The position numbers and the translations under genes were made by a program. DNA of 64,000 bases from an uncultured delta proteobacterium (GTDB lineage Bacteria > Desulfobacterota > Desulfomonilia > Desulfomonilales > Desulfomonilaceae), in contig CAWBKB010000005.1 in assembly GCA_963789265.1 (NCBI GenBank), positions 160,001-224,000 of the forward strand. The letters run 5' to 3'. This document shows positions 52,762 to 62,665 of this stretch, in pieces (within the stretch, counting starts at the first letter, position 1; the number at the start of each line of letters is the position of its first letter). The notes below the pieces were generated by a model. It was given only the letters and a program-made list of their open reading frames with translations, ran no database searches and had not been told where the DNA came from.

Positions 52762-54564
52762 CTATCGGCCACCCGAACCGAACTTGTGAATCTTGTTTAG
52801 CAGACCCTGTCTCGACAGCCCCAACTGCTTCGCCGCGAGACTTCTGTTGCCGGCGCAGCTTTCGAGCGCTTCCTGAAGCATGGATTTCTCCATCCTTTCA
52901 GTAGCTTCTTTTAGAGTGAGAGGATTGGAAGTCGCCTTATCTTCAATCATTTTTTCAACCGAATTTCTTATACGAGGCGAAAGACAGCGAACCGACAAGT
53001 TTCCTCCGTCGCCCGCAAGTATATGGGCACGTTCGATCTCATTTTCCAATTCTCTCACGTTCCCCGGCCAGGGATAACGAACCAACAATTCAAGGACGGT
53101 CGGATCTAGACCGCGGACGGGTTTGCCGGTCAGCACAGTCAATTTGTCCAGAAAATGTAGAGCCAGCAAAGGGATATCATCGGCACGTTCGCGCAAAGGC
53201 GGGATCACAATGGGAAATACATTCACTCTGTAAAACAAGTCTTCGCGAAACATGCCTTGCTGGATTCGTTCGTTCAGGTCTCGGTTAGTTGCGGCAATAA
53301 GGCGTACATCAACAATCTGGGACCTGTTTTCACCTACAGGCTTTATTTCCCCGGACTGAATAGCGCGAAGCAGCTTCACCTGCATGGAGGGGGAGGTCGC
53401 TTCGATTTCATCCAGGAAAAGTGTCCCGCGGTGGGCCGCCTTGAACACCCCTACATGATCGGCTACCGCGCCGGTGAAAGCGCCTTTCCTGTGCCCGAAC
53501 AGTTCACTCTCAATCAGCTCCGACGGGATCGCGGCGCAGTTCAAGCTTACGAGTGATTCATTTACTCTCGGGCTAAGCCGGTGGATCGCTCGGGCCACCA
53601 GCTCTTTTCCTGTTCCGGATTCACCCTGTATCAGGACCGTAGTTTCAGTGGGCGCAACCTTACGGATTAGAGATCGAACTTCCTGCATGCCTGCGGCGCT
53701 TCCGATAATCTCTTCCAGCAAGTCACTGTGGTGAAGAGCCTGCTTCAGACCGACGTTTTCTTGCCTCAGTAAAGAAGCACTCTGTCTGAGATGATCCCAT
53801 TCCAGCGCATGCTCCATTGATCTAGCAGCCTGGGATGCGAGAATTTCAAGTATTTCCAAATCAATAGAAGTGAAGACTCCGGCACGCTTATTAAGCACCT
53901 GGAATACCCCTATTACGGGTCCCCCTGGGACGCGCAACGGCACACAAAGGAGGTTCTTTGTTCTGAACCCTGTCTGAGGATCAACCGCCTTGTTAAAGCG
54001 AGGGTCTTTGTACGTGTCGACGATGTTCAGCGATTCGCCGTGCGTAAACACCCACCCGGCAATACCGGACTGCCAAGGTATACGGATCTGATCGTGCTTT
54101 AGCCCCACCCCGAGGTGCGAATACAGTTCCTTGGTTTGGTGATCCGCCAGAAATATGGTCGCGCGTTCCGCATTCATGACGGAAGGGGCTTCCCTTATGA
54201 GAAGCTCAATCAGTGAACTCATATTCGTTTCGCTGCTAATCAAAATCCCCATCTTGAACAGCAGCGATATCCGTTCCAGATAAGAGCCGAGAGGTTTGGC
54301 TGGTCTCGTGAAGCGCTTCGATCCCTCTTCCATTCCCAGGGCTTCTTTGAGTAAGGTTATGTCAACATGAATGGTGATCGCTTGGACGAGTTCCTCCACC
54401 GAGATCTTGCCTTTCGACAGGAGAATCTCTTGAGGGGACCTTCCTGTCTCCTTTGCCTCATTAATGGCCTTCGCATAATCGTCTTTGCCTATTCTTCCCG
54501 TTTCCAGGAGGAGTCGGCCGATGGAATGGAGATCAATCACGAATACTCTCCCCGGTTTTGCCAT
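52762..54564 (-). CDS. Sigma-54 enhancer-binding protein (MshEN-like, GAF, AAA+, Fis-HTH)
   Basis: GESGTGKE, ESELFGH.KGAFTGA, LFLDEI, FREDLFYR, WPGNVREL, C-terminal HTH; GAF GIAGWV...DPRFN..VD..TGF.T. Confidence 0.92.
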   Translation of the reverse strand: MAKPGRVFVIDLHSIGRLLLETGRIGKDDYAKAINEAKETGRSPQEILLSKGKISVEELVQAITIHVDITLLKEALGMEEGSKRFTRPAKPLGSYLERISLLFKMGILISSETNMSSLIELLIREAPSVMNAERATIFLADHQTKELYSHLGVGLKHDQIRIPWQSGIAGWVFTHGESLNIVDTYKDPRFNKAVDPQTGFRTKNLLCVPLRVPGGPVIGVFQVLNKRAGVFTSIDLEILEILASQAARSMEHALEWDHLRQSASLLRQENVGLKQALHHSDLLEEIIGSAAGMQEVRSLIRKVAPTETTVLIQGESGTGKELVARAIHRLSPRVNESLVSLNCAAIPSELIESELFGHRKGAFTGAVADHVGVFKAAHRGTLFLDEIEATSPSMQVKLLRAIQSGEIKPVGENRSQIVDVRLIAATNRDLNERIQQGMFREDLFYRVNVFPIVIPPLRERADDIPLLALHFLDKLTVLTGKPVRGLDPTVLELLVRYPWPGNVRELENEIERAHILAGDGGNLSVRCLSPRIRNSVEKMIEDKATSNPLTLKEATERMEKSMLQEALESCAGNRSLAAKQLGLSRQGLLNKIHKFGSGGR

Positions 54565-57500
54565 ACAGAGCTATCTCGCCGGTCTGACCGTGAATAATCA
54601 TTTTACTCCCCACCACCACGTCATGTTCGTTGAATCGCACTATTTCGGGCTTGCCCGAAAACTTGGCTATCTGCCGAACCTGACCCACATAAACCTTGTC
54701 CAAGGATTTGGAGATATCCGCCGCGTGCGCTCCTCTGCCACCTAGATGGCTTATGAGAGCGGTAGCCACCGGAAGCGAAAAGATCTCTTCCATTATCTCC
54801 TCGGGAATAGGATCGTTAACCACAAAAATGAATCCGTCCAGTTTATCATGTTCCGGGAGACGTTCGTTCATGGCATCTATAATGGACTGGGCCTTACTGA
54901 TGTGCTTGAAAGGGGCAATTTGATTCCGATCGGTAACCATGATCCCTCTGAAAATTTTGCCGGAAACTCCCGTACCCTGCGCAATCACATCGTAGCCCGA
55001 CGAACTGAGAGGCGGGACTCTCTCTTTGCGCTCTCTATCCTTGCGAATCTGCAGAATGAAAACTTTCCCTTTTTCTATGGTGTACTCAAGACGAGTGTCA
55101 AAATGCAGCCGCTCCGCGGTCCGGAAGAGTACGGAATGAAGTTGCTTCCAAGCGTCAGGCATTTGAGAGGCGAGTGATTCCTGGGCCTTCCAGAGGTCGT
55201 ACACGGGAATCGTTGCCACCTTGCCGTCTACAACGTCGGTCCCCTGATCGCCTTGTGCGAAATCACCCCGAAGATCCATAGTGAAGGGATTGTAAGACAC
55301 AACACCCGTTCCCGAGGAATTGAGTTCCATGTTCCCGTAGACCATACCCTGAACGATGACCGGAGTGCGCCAATTCCCATGGATACCCGCCGCTTCTCTG
55401 TATTTGCTCGCTGCTCTTCCGTCATAGGAATGCAGCACGACGATGGCACAATGGATGAGAATGTCCAGGAATTGTCCCTTGTCAAGCAGCTCCACCACTT
55501 TGGGGGCCAACTCCGCAACTCGCGCCTTGTAATCGAATGCAAGACTCTTCATCTGCTCAGCGCTCATGTGGGCTTTGCGCCTCACTTTAAAACGTTCTTT
55601 GCGCTCATCGATGATTCCCTGAAACTCGTCTCTCTCCAAACCAAATACTGACTGGCTGAATTCCTGCAAGAAACGCCGATAACAATCGTATGCGAACCAA
55701 GGCCCCACTTTGGCAGCCAAAACTTCGGCCGTTTCATCGTTGATCCCAACATTGGTAATAGTTGTCATCATACCGGGCATGCTGACACGGGCCCCGGACC
55801 TCACTGAAAAGAGTGCGGGATTGGACGGATCACCCAAAGATCGACCCCAGAGCTGCCCCAGCTTGGCCACAGCGCGGCCCAACCCTTGTCTGAAGTCGGG
55901 GTTTGTCAACATTTCTTTCGGTTCCAGCAGGGATTGGTCTGTGGTGATGACAAAGTAAGGGGGGGTGTTTTCCGCGAATCGCAGCAAGGACGCCTTCAAT
56001 CCTATCCTGCAAGGTGAAATGTCTTTGGGGTCCGGAAAGTAAAAAGGTACCGAACGTAAAGGCCCCGGCCCTTTGCGAACGACCCTCTTACTGGACTCAG
56101 CAAGGCGCTGATTGAGAAAAAGCTCTATCTTATCTATGAAGGTTTCCAGGACCCTCAGGTTTCCATCTCGTGCCTGAAGATCGGATACATAGAGTGTTTT
56201 CAGATAGTTCTTGAAGAAATCGGTGTCGGGGACCTCTTTCAGGGTGGTCAAGTTCTTGAGCTTGCGCGGCAGTTTCTCCATCGGGCAGAAGGAAAGGAAA
56301 TTGTCAAAAGGCTCCTCGAACGAGCTTCGATAACTGACATATATATCATCGACCTCTTTCTTGATGATGGTCACCAGATCTCGCACTTTGTCCAGAGTCA
56401 GGCCGAGATCGCCGGCGCGGCGCAAATCGCGACCGCCTTGTTCCAAATAGAAACTCGAATGCCCGTTTACGGAGACTCCGCGCACCAGGCAATCGAGAAA
56501 GACGAGCGCATCCGCAAGATTCTCCAATGTAATTGTATCAAAATGAGTATTGTTTACGCTCGTGGCAAGGGTCTCCTGGAGTCCTTCAAGCTGGAGATCT
56601 TTATTGAAAGCCTCGAAACGTTCCTCAATGTATGTGGCTTTTTGCGCGTACGCATGTCCTGCCTTTTTCGCTCGCAAGATAATAGGCGTGCCGGGTCGCT
56701 CCCTGTTTATGAGCTCCATTTCCCGGGCCGCGTCTTCAGTCCCCTCCGTTAGGGTCACCGGCGCTGAAAGAGGTTCTGAAATATCGGGAGTGAGGAATTT
56801 TTGCTTGGTCTCTCCCCGCTCCAGAATGATTTGATCGAGACGGTTGAGGCCTTCCTCAGCCGTGGCGCCGGAGGCGGATTGGAGGACTATAAAATACTTC
56901 GCATACAAACCCTTGGCCAGCTCAATGACGTCCAGGACCATACGCCGGGAGAATTCCGGCCACGTCGGGTCGGAACGGTAGGGCGCAGTATCGAGGAATG
57001 CAAGCTGCATCATGCCTTCTTTTTCGGAAGGGTCTATTTTCAGGTCATCGAAGATGCGGCGGCACAGATCTCGCATCCCCTGCTCTTCCGGCATCGAGCA
57101 CCACTTGTTCATCGGCAGGTACGGCATTGATTCGGAGGGCATCCATTCCGCGATGGCTTCCGGTCGTCCCTCAGAAAAATATTTGACTATTCCCCGGCAA
57201 AAATAGAAATTTTCGATGCTTCCGCGCCAATGTATATCCCCGCGAAGCTTTCCCAGAAAGTTGCCGATGGGCTTTACACCTCGATTTGCCAACTCTTTCG
57301 CAAGCCCCGCTGCCGTGAGCCTCAGAGTGTCGAGCGGCCCTATATCCTTAAAAGAGTATGGAATCGCCTTTATAAGCGTCCGGATAGGGAAGTGCATAAC
57401 AGACGAGTTGGCCTGTAATAGCCTGGAGATCCAATATTGGATGAGGTCCTCATCGCACAGGCGCGTTTGGCCGATTTCGATCTGAATAACAAGATATGGT

Positions 57501-59017
57501 ACGAGGCGATGCATGATCCGCGGATTCGAGGCAATGATGGAGATCAAACACTTTATGTGTTGTGCGTGAGCCCGGTTTGCCCCTGATTCCTCGGCCAAGA
57601 CGAGGGGCTCGCCCGTATCGTCATCCTCGATGGTATATTTCTTGTCCAAAGGCTGAATTATCGGCCGTTTCACAAAATGGTCGATAAGCTCTTGGGCCAT
57701 AAGGAAATACCCGGATTTACCGAGCGTGACACCCAGTGATTCCAGCGCGTTCAGCGAGGATATCACTTCGCCGGTGTCTTTTGACGAATACGCGCGCTCC
57801 AGAAAGACATTGGCAAATGTATTTACAAGGTTCCTGGATGCTTGCTTTCTGGTCTTCTCCAGTCTGACTACTATGCGGCAAAGCCCGTCGATGAACAGCT
57901 CTTTGACTTCCGGTTTATCCACTGCAATGATCTGAGCAGCCAAAATCTCTGCAAAGGCCTCTTGCAAGTCCATCGGAAGCTCATCAATCATTTCCTGGAA
58001 AGCCGAAAGAATTGCTCTCCATTCTTCCGCCAGATTCTTGATGAATGAAATGCCCTTTGTAATCTCGCCTTCGTCTATTTGACCCCGTCCATCCAATGCG
58101 CTTTGATAGGTTTGCCTGCGTTTCTCGATTTCTTCGGCCGAGTGGAGGTTGATCCTTTCCAGGATCTCTTTCCGGAAGCGTTCCTTGGATGCAAAATTCT
58201 CGACCTCCAAAGCGCTTTCCAACCTTTTCACGAGACCTTCGGGACAAGCGCGTATTTCTCCCAGAGCAGTGATCAATGCCTGAACCGCCAATCTGTCCAC
58301 GTGCGAAGTCAGAGCGAATTTGATCTCATCCGACCGCTTCTTCAGGGCTGACCCGATCTCGGAAACTTCCAGAACGCGTCGTTCAAAAGAGTTCAAGGAG
58401 GTGCGAAACGGCTCTTGAGCCAAGAAATCGATGACGGATTCCACGAACGGCTGGTACTGCTGAAATGTCTTATCATTGGCAGTATTCAGAATGCCGGCCA
58501 CCAGACGTGACAAGACGTGTTCTCCTTCAGACCGGGCAGCCGCATCAAACGGCTGACGCACCGCTGCAAACAAATAGCTGAAGAGGATCTCCATTACAGA
58601 GGGAAGGTGGTCGCCCAGCGACTCGTCATCTCTATCCAGCGAATATCGGGAGATCAATCGGACTACTTCCAACCAGTTGGGGATTTCGTACAGCGCTGAT
58701 ATGAGGTTTTCACGGATGGCAAGCCGCCGGCCTTCAAAGGAAGTGAGATAGACAAGCTCTTCCAAAGATTCACGCGAAAACCGGCTGAAGAGCGTAAGTC
58801 GCGAATCATATTGCCGCAAGGCGACCAGATAAGGGGAAGCCTCCTTACCCGTACGGTCGAGGATCATTAAGACTGTAGGGAGAGCCTCAACCGCGAGCGT
58901 CGTTTGATCCCCGAACTTGATGCCGGAAAGATTGATGACCTCGGCCATTCCGGCGATCTGGTACGGATTGAGCGGTTCGTGATCGCTGATCTGCCGTATG
59001 AGATTCCTGACTTCCAC
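54533..59017 (-). CDS. Giant PPDK-related protein: about 980-aa unknown N-terminal region + ATP-grasp + phospho-His domain, no pyruvate barrel
   Basis: SVRSGARVSMPGMM, FAYDCYRRF, VQGMVYGN..SGTGV, QGTDVVDG, EYTIEKGKVFILQIR, GGRGAHAA; the protein ends soon after the His domain. Confidence 0.85.
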   Translation of the reverse strand: MEVRNLIRQISDHEPLNPYQIAGMAEVINLSGIKFGDQTTLAVEALPTVLMILDRTGKEASPYLVALRQYDSRLTLFSRFSRESLEELVYLTSFEGRRLAIRENLISALYEIPNWLEVVRLISRYSLDRDDESLGDHLPSVMEILFSYLFAAVRQPFDAAARSEGEHVLSRLVAGILNTANDKTFQQYQPFVESVIDFLAQEPFRTSLNSFERRVLEVSEIGSALKKRSDEIKFALTSHVDRLAVQALITALGEIRACPEGLVKRLESALEVENFASKERFRKEILERINLHSAEEIEKRRQTYQSALDGRGQIDEGEITKGISFIKNLAEEWRAILSAFQEMIDELPMDLQEAFAEILAAQIIAVDKPEVKELFIDGLCRIVVRLEKTRKQASRNLVNTFANVFLERAYSSKDTGEVISSLNALESLGVTLGKSGYFLMAQELIDHFVKRPIIQPLDKKYTIEDDDTGEPLVLAEESGANRAHAQHIKCLISIIASNPRIMHRLVPYLVIQIEIGQTRLCDEDLIQYWISRLLQANSSVMHFPIRTLIKAIPYSFKDIGPLDTLRLTAAGLAKELANRGVKPIGNFLGKLRGDIHWRGSIENFYFCRGIVKYFSEGRPEAIAEWMPSESMPYLPMNKWCSMPEEQGMRDLCRRIFDDLKIDPSEKEGMMQLAFLDTAPYRSDPTWPEFSRRMVLDVIELAKGLYAKYFIVLQSASGATAEEGLNRLDQIILERGETKQKFLTPDISEPLSAPVTLTEGTEDAAREMELINRERPGTPIILRAKKAGHAYAQKATYIEERFEAFNKDLQLEGLQETLATSVNNTHFDTITLENLADALVFLDCLVRGVSVNGHSSFYLEQGGRDLRRAGDLGLTLDKVRDLVTIIKKEVDDIYVSYRSSFEEPFDNFLSFCPMEKLPRKLKNLTTLKEVPDTDFFKNYLKTLYVSDLQARDGNLRVLETFIDKIELFLNQRLAESSKRVVRKGPGPLRSVPFYFPDPKDISPCRIGLKASLLRFAENTPPYFVITTDQSLLEPKEMLTNPDFRQGLGRAVAKLGQLWGRSLGDPSNPALFSVRSGARVSMPGMMTTITNVGINDETAEVLAAKVGPWFAYDCYRRFLQEFSQSVFGLERDEFQGIIDERKERFKVRRKAHMSAEQMKSLAFDYKARVAELAPKVVELLDKGQFLDILIHCAIVVLHSYDGRAASKYREAAGIHGNWRTPVIVQGMVYGNMELNSSGTGVVSYNPFTMDLRGDFAQGDQGTDVVDGKVATIPVYDLWKAQESLASQMPDAWKQLHSVLFRTAERLHFDTRLEYTIEKGKVFILQIRKDRERKERVPPLSSSGYDVIAQGTGVSGKIFRGIMVTDRNQIAPFKHISKAQSIIDAMNERLPEHDKLDGFIFVVNDPIPEEIMEEIFSLPVATALISHLGGRGAHAADISKSLDKVYVGQVRQIAKFSGKPEIVRFNEHDVVVGSKMIIHGQTGEIALYGKTGESIRD

Positions 59018-59202
59018 GGTGCTGTCCAGCGTGGTGAATTTTCGAATAACAAGCTTAAATCATTGCGATCACTATCGCAAGAAGTACGGATGGTCAGTAT
59101 GTGAAAGGCTTCACAAAGAAACTTTTATTGCGAGGGTCCTACTCCCATAGGCGATAACTGAAGTGCATTTCGTTACCTCTGAAGAGGTCCCAGGGCCATC
59201 AA

Positions 59203-59290
59203 AGTCCCCCTTTTATAAAGGGGGATTTAGGGGGATTTTCAATGGGTTATCTCAAAATCCCCCCTAGCCCCTCTTTATAAAAGGGGGGAA
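59203..59290. repeat. TCCCCCTTT..AAAGGGGGA inverted doublet
   Basis: tcccccttttataaagggggatttagggggattt ... aaatccccctagcccctctttataaaagggggga. Confidence 0.8.
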
Positions 59291-59312
59291 CCCCGCGTCC
59301 CGCGGGGTTGAG

Positions 59313-60848
59313 TTAGCGCCTATGGGGTACTACTCCTGGTTCGGATCTTGTCTCCTGATATAAGAAACACAATTCTCGGCCCAAACTTGAGGTGAGTTTG
59401 ATTCTGTCGTAATTTATGGCCACATTGTTAAAATATTGGAGGATGAGCGAATCTCCCAATGAGGAGGATGGCTTGATCCCAACGAAGAAAAATCCGAGCT
59501 GTTCAAATTCACGGGTCATGTAATAGGTCAAAGGGTCTTCCAGGCTGCAATATAGCTGTATGACCTCAATATGCTGGAGGCAAAGCTCTTTGAGCCTTGC
59601 TTTCACTTCCAATAAGACGTCGGACCCGTACTCTTCAACGTCAATCCACCCGAATCCTGTAGGGCCGTAGTGAACTGTATTCAATCTTGAATGAGGCCCC
59701 GAAAATCGTGGCCCCGGGACGGACGGGGCTTCAAAGTCAGGCTCGACACCGATGTTGATATACAGCTTGCGAATGATTTCTTTATGATGCTCGGGCGCAT
59801 ATATGGGAAATAATTCAAGCTTTGTCATATATCTAAAACAAATCAGGTAAGTTTCACGCTGGGGAAGCGTTTCGGTAAGGCCCTTGAACGACAACGTCGC
59901 AGGGCCGAAACCAACAAGCAATCCGCAATCGTTAAAACCAAACCGATGAATGGCCTGCTGGGAATAAGTGTGGTTGGTTGCGGCCACGACGTAGAGCGCT
60001 CGCGTATTTTCGGATTTTGCTTTTGCGATAAGGTACTCTGTGAGCCGAGTGAGGCACCCCTGCCACCGAAACTCAGGTTTCACAACGGCAAAGCCAAGTT
60101 CTGCCACGTTTGAGCTGGAATCCCACCTGAGCAGCGCACAATGGCCTATTATTTCGCCATCTCGAGTGACTGCCACCACTGATAAAATTTCGCCTTTTTC
60201 GTTGAGTTCGACAATCCTATCCGGATAGTAAATCTGACGATAAGCAAAAGAGTATCCGTAAGCCTTGTAGAAGCACTTGGAAACTTCTATCGCTTCGCGC
60301 GGCTGCATCGGCCGGACTTCAAATTCTACCGTATTCGGCGGGAAAACACGGACTGACGCGGGCCCTTCGTAAGGTTCCAACTCGCAGACATTGTAATAGT
60401 CTTTGATGGTGCCTGTTTGTAGGTAATTGATCAGGTGCGTTTCTTTTCCTTCCAGACCCAGGTTGTGAAAAGAAACTTCATCCATGGCTTGCGTACCCGG
60501 AGAGAGAACACATTGGGGCCTGAACATGAGTTTGGCGTTCGATTCACACTCGGGCGGCACAATCTCGGCAGACTGAAGCGGGAGGCCCTTGTCTTTGATG
60601 ACGATTTTGAGCCCCATGAGGACTCTTTCGCAACTTATATCAAGAGTGGCTCGCTCATTCGGTTCGAATGCCTTCTCGATGACTTTTGAGACTACATCCT
60701 CGACTCCACTAGCAATATCTCGGCAGGTTGTTTCGTCGAAACCGAAACTTTGAGCCACATTTCGAATGTAAGCGCCGACTACACCAAGATAGGAAGCATC
60801 GGTGGGGATAGTAAGCTTTGAGTATTGGCATGGTTCTGTAGTGCTCAT
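59313..60848 (-). CDS. RsbW-like (HATPase_c_2) + GNAT fusion protein; probable C-terminal +1 frameshift
   Basis: LTIP.D.SYL, IKDKGLP, MDEVSFHNLG, then GNAT IIGHCAL...AELGFAVVKPEFR.QG. Removing one T gives the ending ELCSYIRRQDPNQE-stop. Confidence 0.8.
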   Translation of the reverse strand: MSTTEPCQYSKLTIPTDASYLGVVGAYIRNVAQSFGFDETTCRDIASGVEDVVSKVIEKAFEPNERATLDISCERVLMGLKIVIKDKGLPLQSAEIVPPECESNAKLMFRPQCVLSPGTQAMDEVSFHNLGLEGKETHLINYLQTGTIKDYYNVCELEPYEGPASVRVFPPNTVEFEVRPMQPREAIEVSKCFYKAYGYSFAYRQIYYPDRIVELNEKGEILSVVAVTRDGEIIGHCALLRWDSSSNVAELGFAVVKPEFRWQGCLTRLTEYLIAKAKSENTRALYVVAATNHTYSQQAIHRFGFNDCGLLVGFGPATLSFKGLTETLPQRETYLICFRYMTKLELFPIYAPEHHKEIIRKLYINIGVEPDFEAPSVPGPRFSGPHSRLNTVHYGPTGFGWIDVEEYGSDVLLEVKARLKELCLQHIEVIQLYCSLEDPLTYYMTREFEQLGFFFVGIKPSSSLGDSLILQYFNNVAINYDRIKLTSSLGRELCFLYQETRSEPGVVPHRR

Positions 60849-61092
60849 AACGACTTCACTCTAAGAGTTGGGCGAGATCAGGTCAAGTAAAGGTTTTGAC
60901 AGATTCCGTTGGGGCTTATTAAAGAGATTCTCGAAACTAGTCACGGGACGAGAAAATGATGTGGTGGGGACAGGTTGTCCTGCCTCGAGGGACCGTCCCC
61001 CCAATCTGAATTAGGTGAGAACACGCATCACGTGTGACGACAATTTTCGAAAATCAGCATAGAGGACTACAATCGTGGTTGGAGGCTTGCGG

Positions 61093-61165
<73 letters not shown>

Positions 61166-61419
61166 AACACAACCTTTATTGGCTGTCTTGCGTCTCAAAA
61201 GACGGAATTTGGGGGAGCCCATATAAACGTTCAAAAAAAGAAAACTCTCTGCGTTCTCCACGGTGAGGCTTTACTTCATCTCTTTTGACTAATTTCTGTG
61301 ATGCTGCTACCTTACTGCAACAACTCCCTTGTGCTTTCTGCGGCTGTGGCCCGGCCGGGTCAGCCGGCAGATTGATCGATAACAGCCGCCATAAAATTCA
61401 AGTGGATTCGGGGACGATT

Positions 61420-62532
61420 ATGGTCATAGGAGTTCCTAAAGAAATCAAAGAAGACGAGTATCGGGTGGGCATCATTCCCCACGGGGTACGCGACCTTACC
61501 GAACATGGCCATACCGTACTGATCGAACAGGGTGCAGGCGAAGGTTGCAGGATTTCCGATCAGGAATTCGCGGCCGCGGGTGCTCGGATTATCCTCGACA
61601 AGGCCGAGGTCTACAGCCGAGCCGACATGATTATTAAGGTGAAGGAGCCTCTGAAGCAAGAGTACAACTTGTTCCACGAAGGCCAGATTCTGTACGCCTA
61701 TCTTCATCTCGCGCCTGCTCCGGAGCTTACCGCGGCCCTTCTTGACCGAAAAGTCATCGCGGTTGCGTATGAGACGATCCAACTGGATGACGGAACCTTG
61801 CCCTTGTTAGTACCTATGAGCGAGGTAGCCGGCCGCATGGCCGTACAGATCGGAGCGCATTTTCTGGAAAAGACCCAGGGAGGGAGAGGCGTGCTGTTGG
61901 GTGGCGTGCCTGGGGTCGGTCGCGGTCGAGTAACCATAATAGGCGGGGGAACTGTAGGCCGGGCCGCGACAAAAATTGCTGTCGGATTTGGCGCGGATGT
62001 CCATGTTCTGGATGTGGACCAGCAGCGTTTGATATACTTGGACGATATCTACGGGAATCAAGTGACTCTTCTGATCTCGAACTACGAAAACATCCTGCGA
62101 GCTGTGATAAAATCCCACGTTGTGATCGGGTCGGTTCTCATTCCGGGAGCCAGGGCGCCCCGACTTATAACCCGCGACATGGTCGGAGCTATGAAAGCGG
62201 GAAGCGTAATCGTAGATGTATCTATAGATCAGGGTGGATCCTGCGAGACCTCCAAACCTACAACTCACCAGCACCCCACGTTTGTAGTAGATGAGGTGCT
62301 GCATTACTGCGTTCCTAATATGCCGGGCGTGGTGTCTCGAACTTCGACGTTTGCGCTAACAAATATCACTCTGCCTTATGCATTAAAGTTGGCGGACCAA
62401 GGGATTGACGGAGCAGTCGCGGATGATCGTGTTTTGGCCAAGGGAGTCAACCTTTACCGGGGCGCGGTGACCTACGCTAATGTGGCAGCCGCTTTGGGGT
62501 ACTCGTATACTCCACTGCGAGAAGTTATTTAG
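61420..62532 (+). CDS. ald: Alanine dehydrogenase
   Basis: IGVPKEIK.DEYRV, KVKEP, YLHLA, PMSEVAG, GVLLGGVPG, IDQGG, NMPG.V.RTST.AL.N. Confidence 0.96.
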   Translation: MVIGVPKEIKEDEYRVGIIPHGVRDLTEHGHTVLIEQGAGEGCRISDQEFAAAGARIILDKAEVYSRADMIIKVKEPLKQEYNLFHEGQILYAYLHLAPAPELTAALLDRKVIAVAYETIQLDDGTLPLLVPMSEVAGRMAVQIGAHFLEKTQGGRGVLLGGVPGVGRGRVTIIGGGTVGRAATKIAVGFGADVHVLDVDQQRLIYLDDIYGNQVTLLISNYENILRAVIKSHVVIGSVLIPGARAPRLITRDMVGAMKAGSVIVDVSIDQGGSCETSKPTTHQHPTFVVDEVLHYCVPNMPGVVSRTSTFALTNITLPYALKLADQGIDGAVADDRVLAKGVNLYRGAVTYANVAAALGYSYTPLREVI

Positions 62533-62581
62533 TATGAACAATCAATGGCCTGGAAAGCGATTTTTTGGCGGGGGATACCTA

Positions 62582-62665
62582 GTGTGTGGACGTCTCGTGT
62601 TAATGACACCGGGAAACGACTTGGCGGAACGGTTCGGGCTTGAAGAGGAGCCTGTTCTGGAGCGC
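62582..62665 (+). pseudogene. 5' fragment of an SRAP (SOS response-associated peptidase) gene
   Basis: GTG start gives (M)CGRLVLMTPGNDLAERFGLEEEPVLE, like the SRAP N-terminal CGR motif; then cut off by IS sequence. Confidence 0.6.

Noticed and set aside
54533..59017. Plain ppdK annotation
   Set aside because: It lacks the C-terminal pyruvate/PEP-binding barrel, so the gene symbol is not supported.
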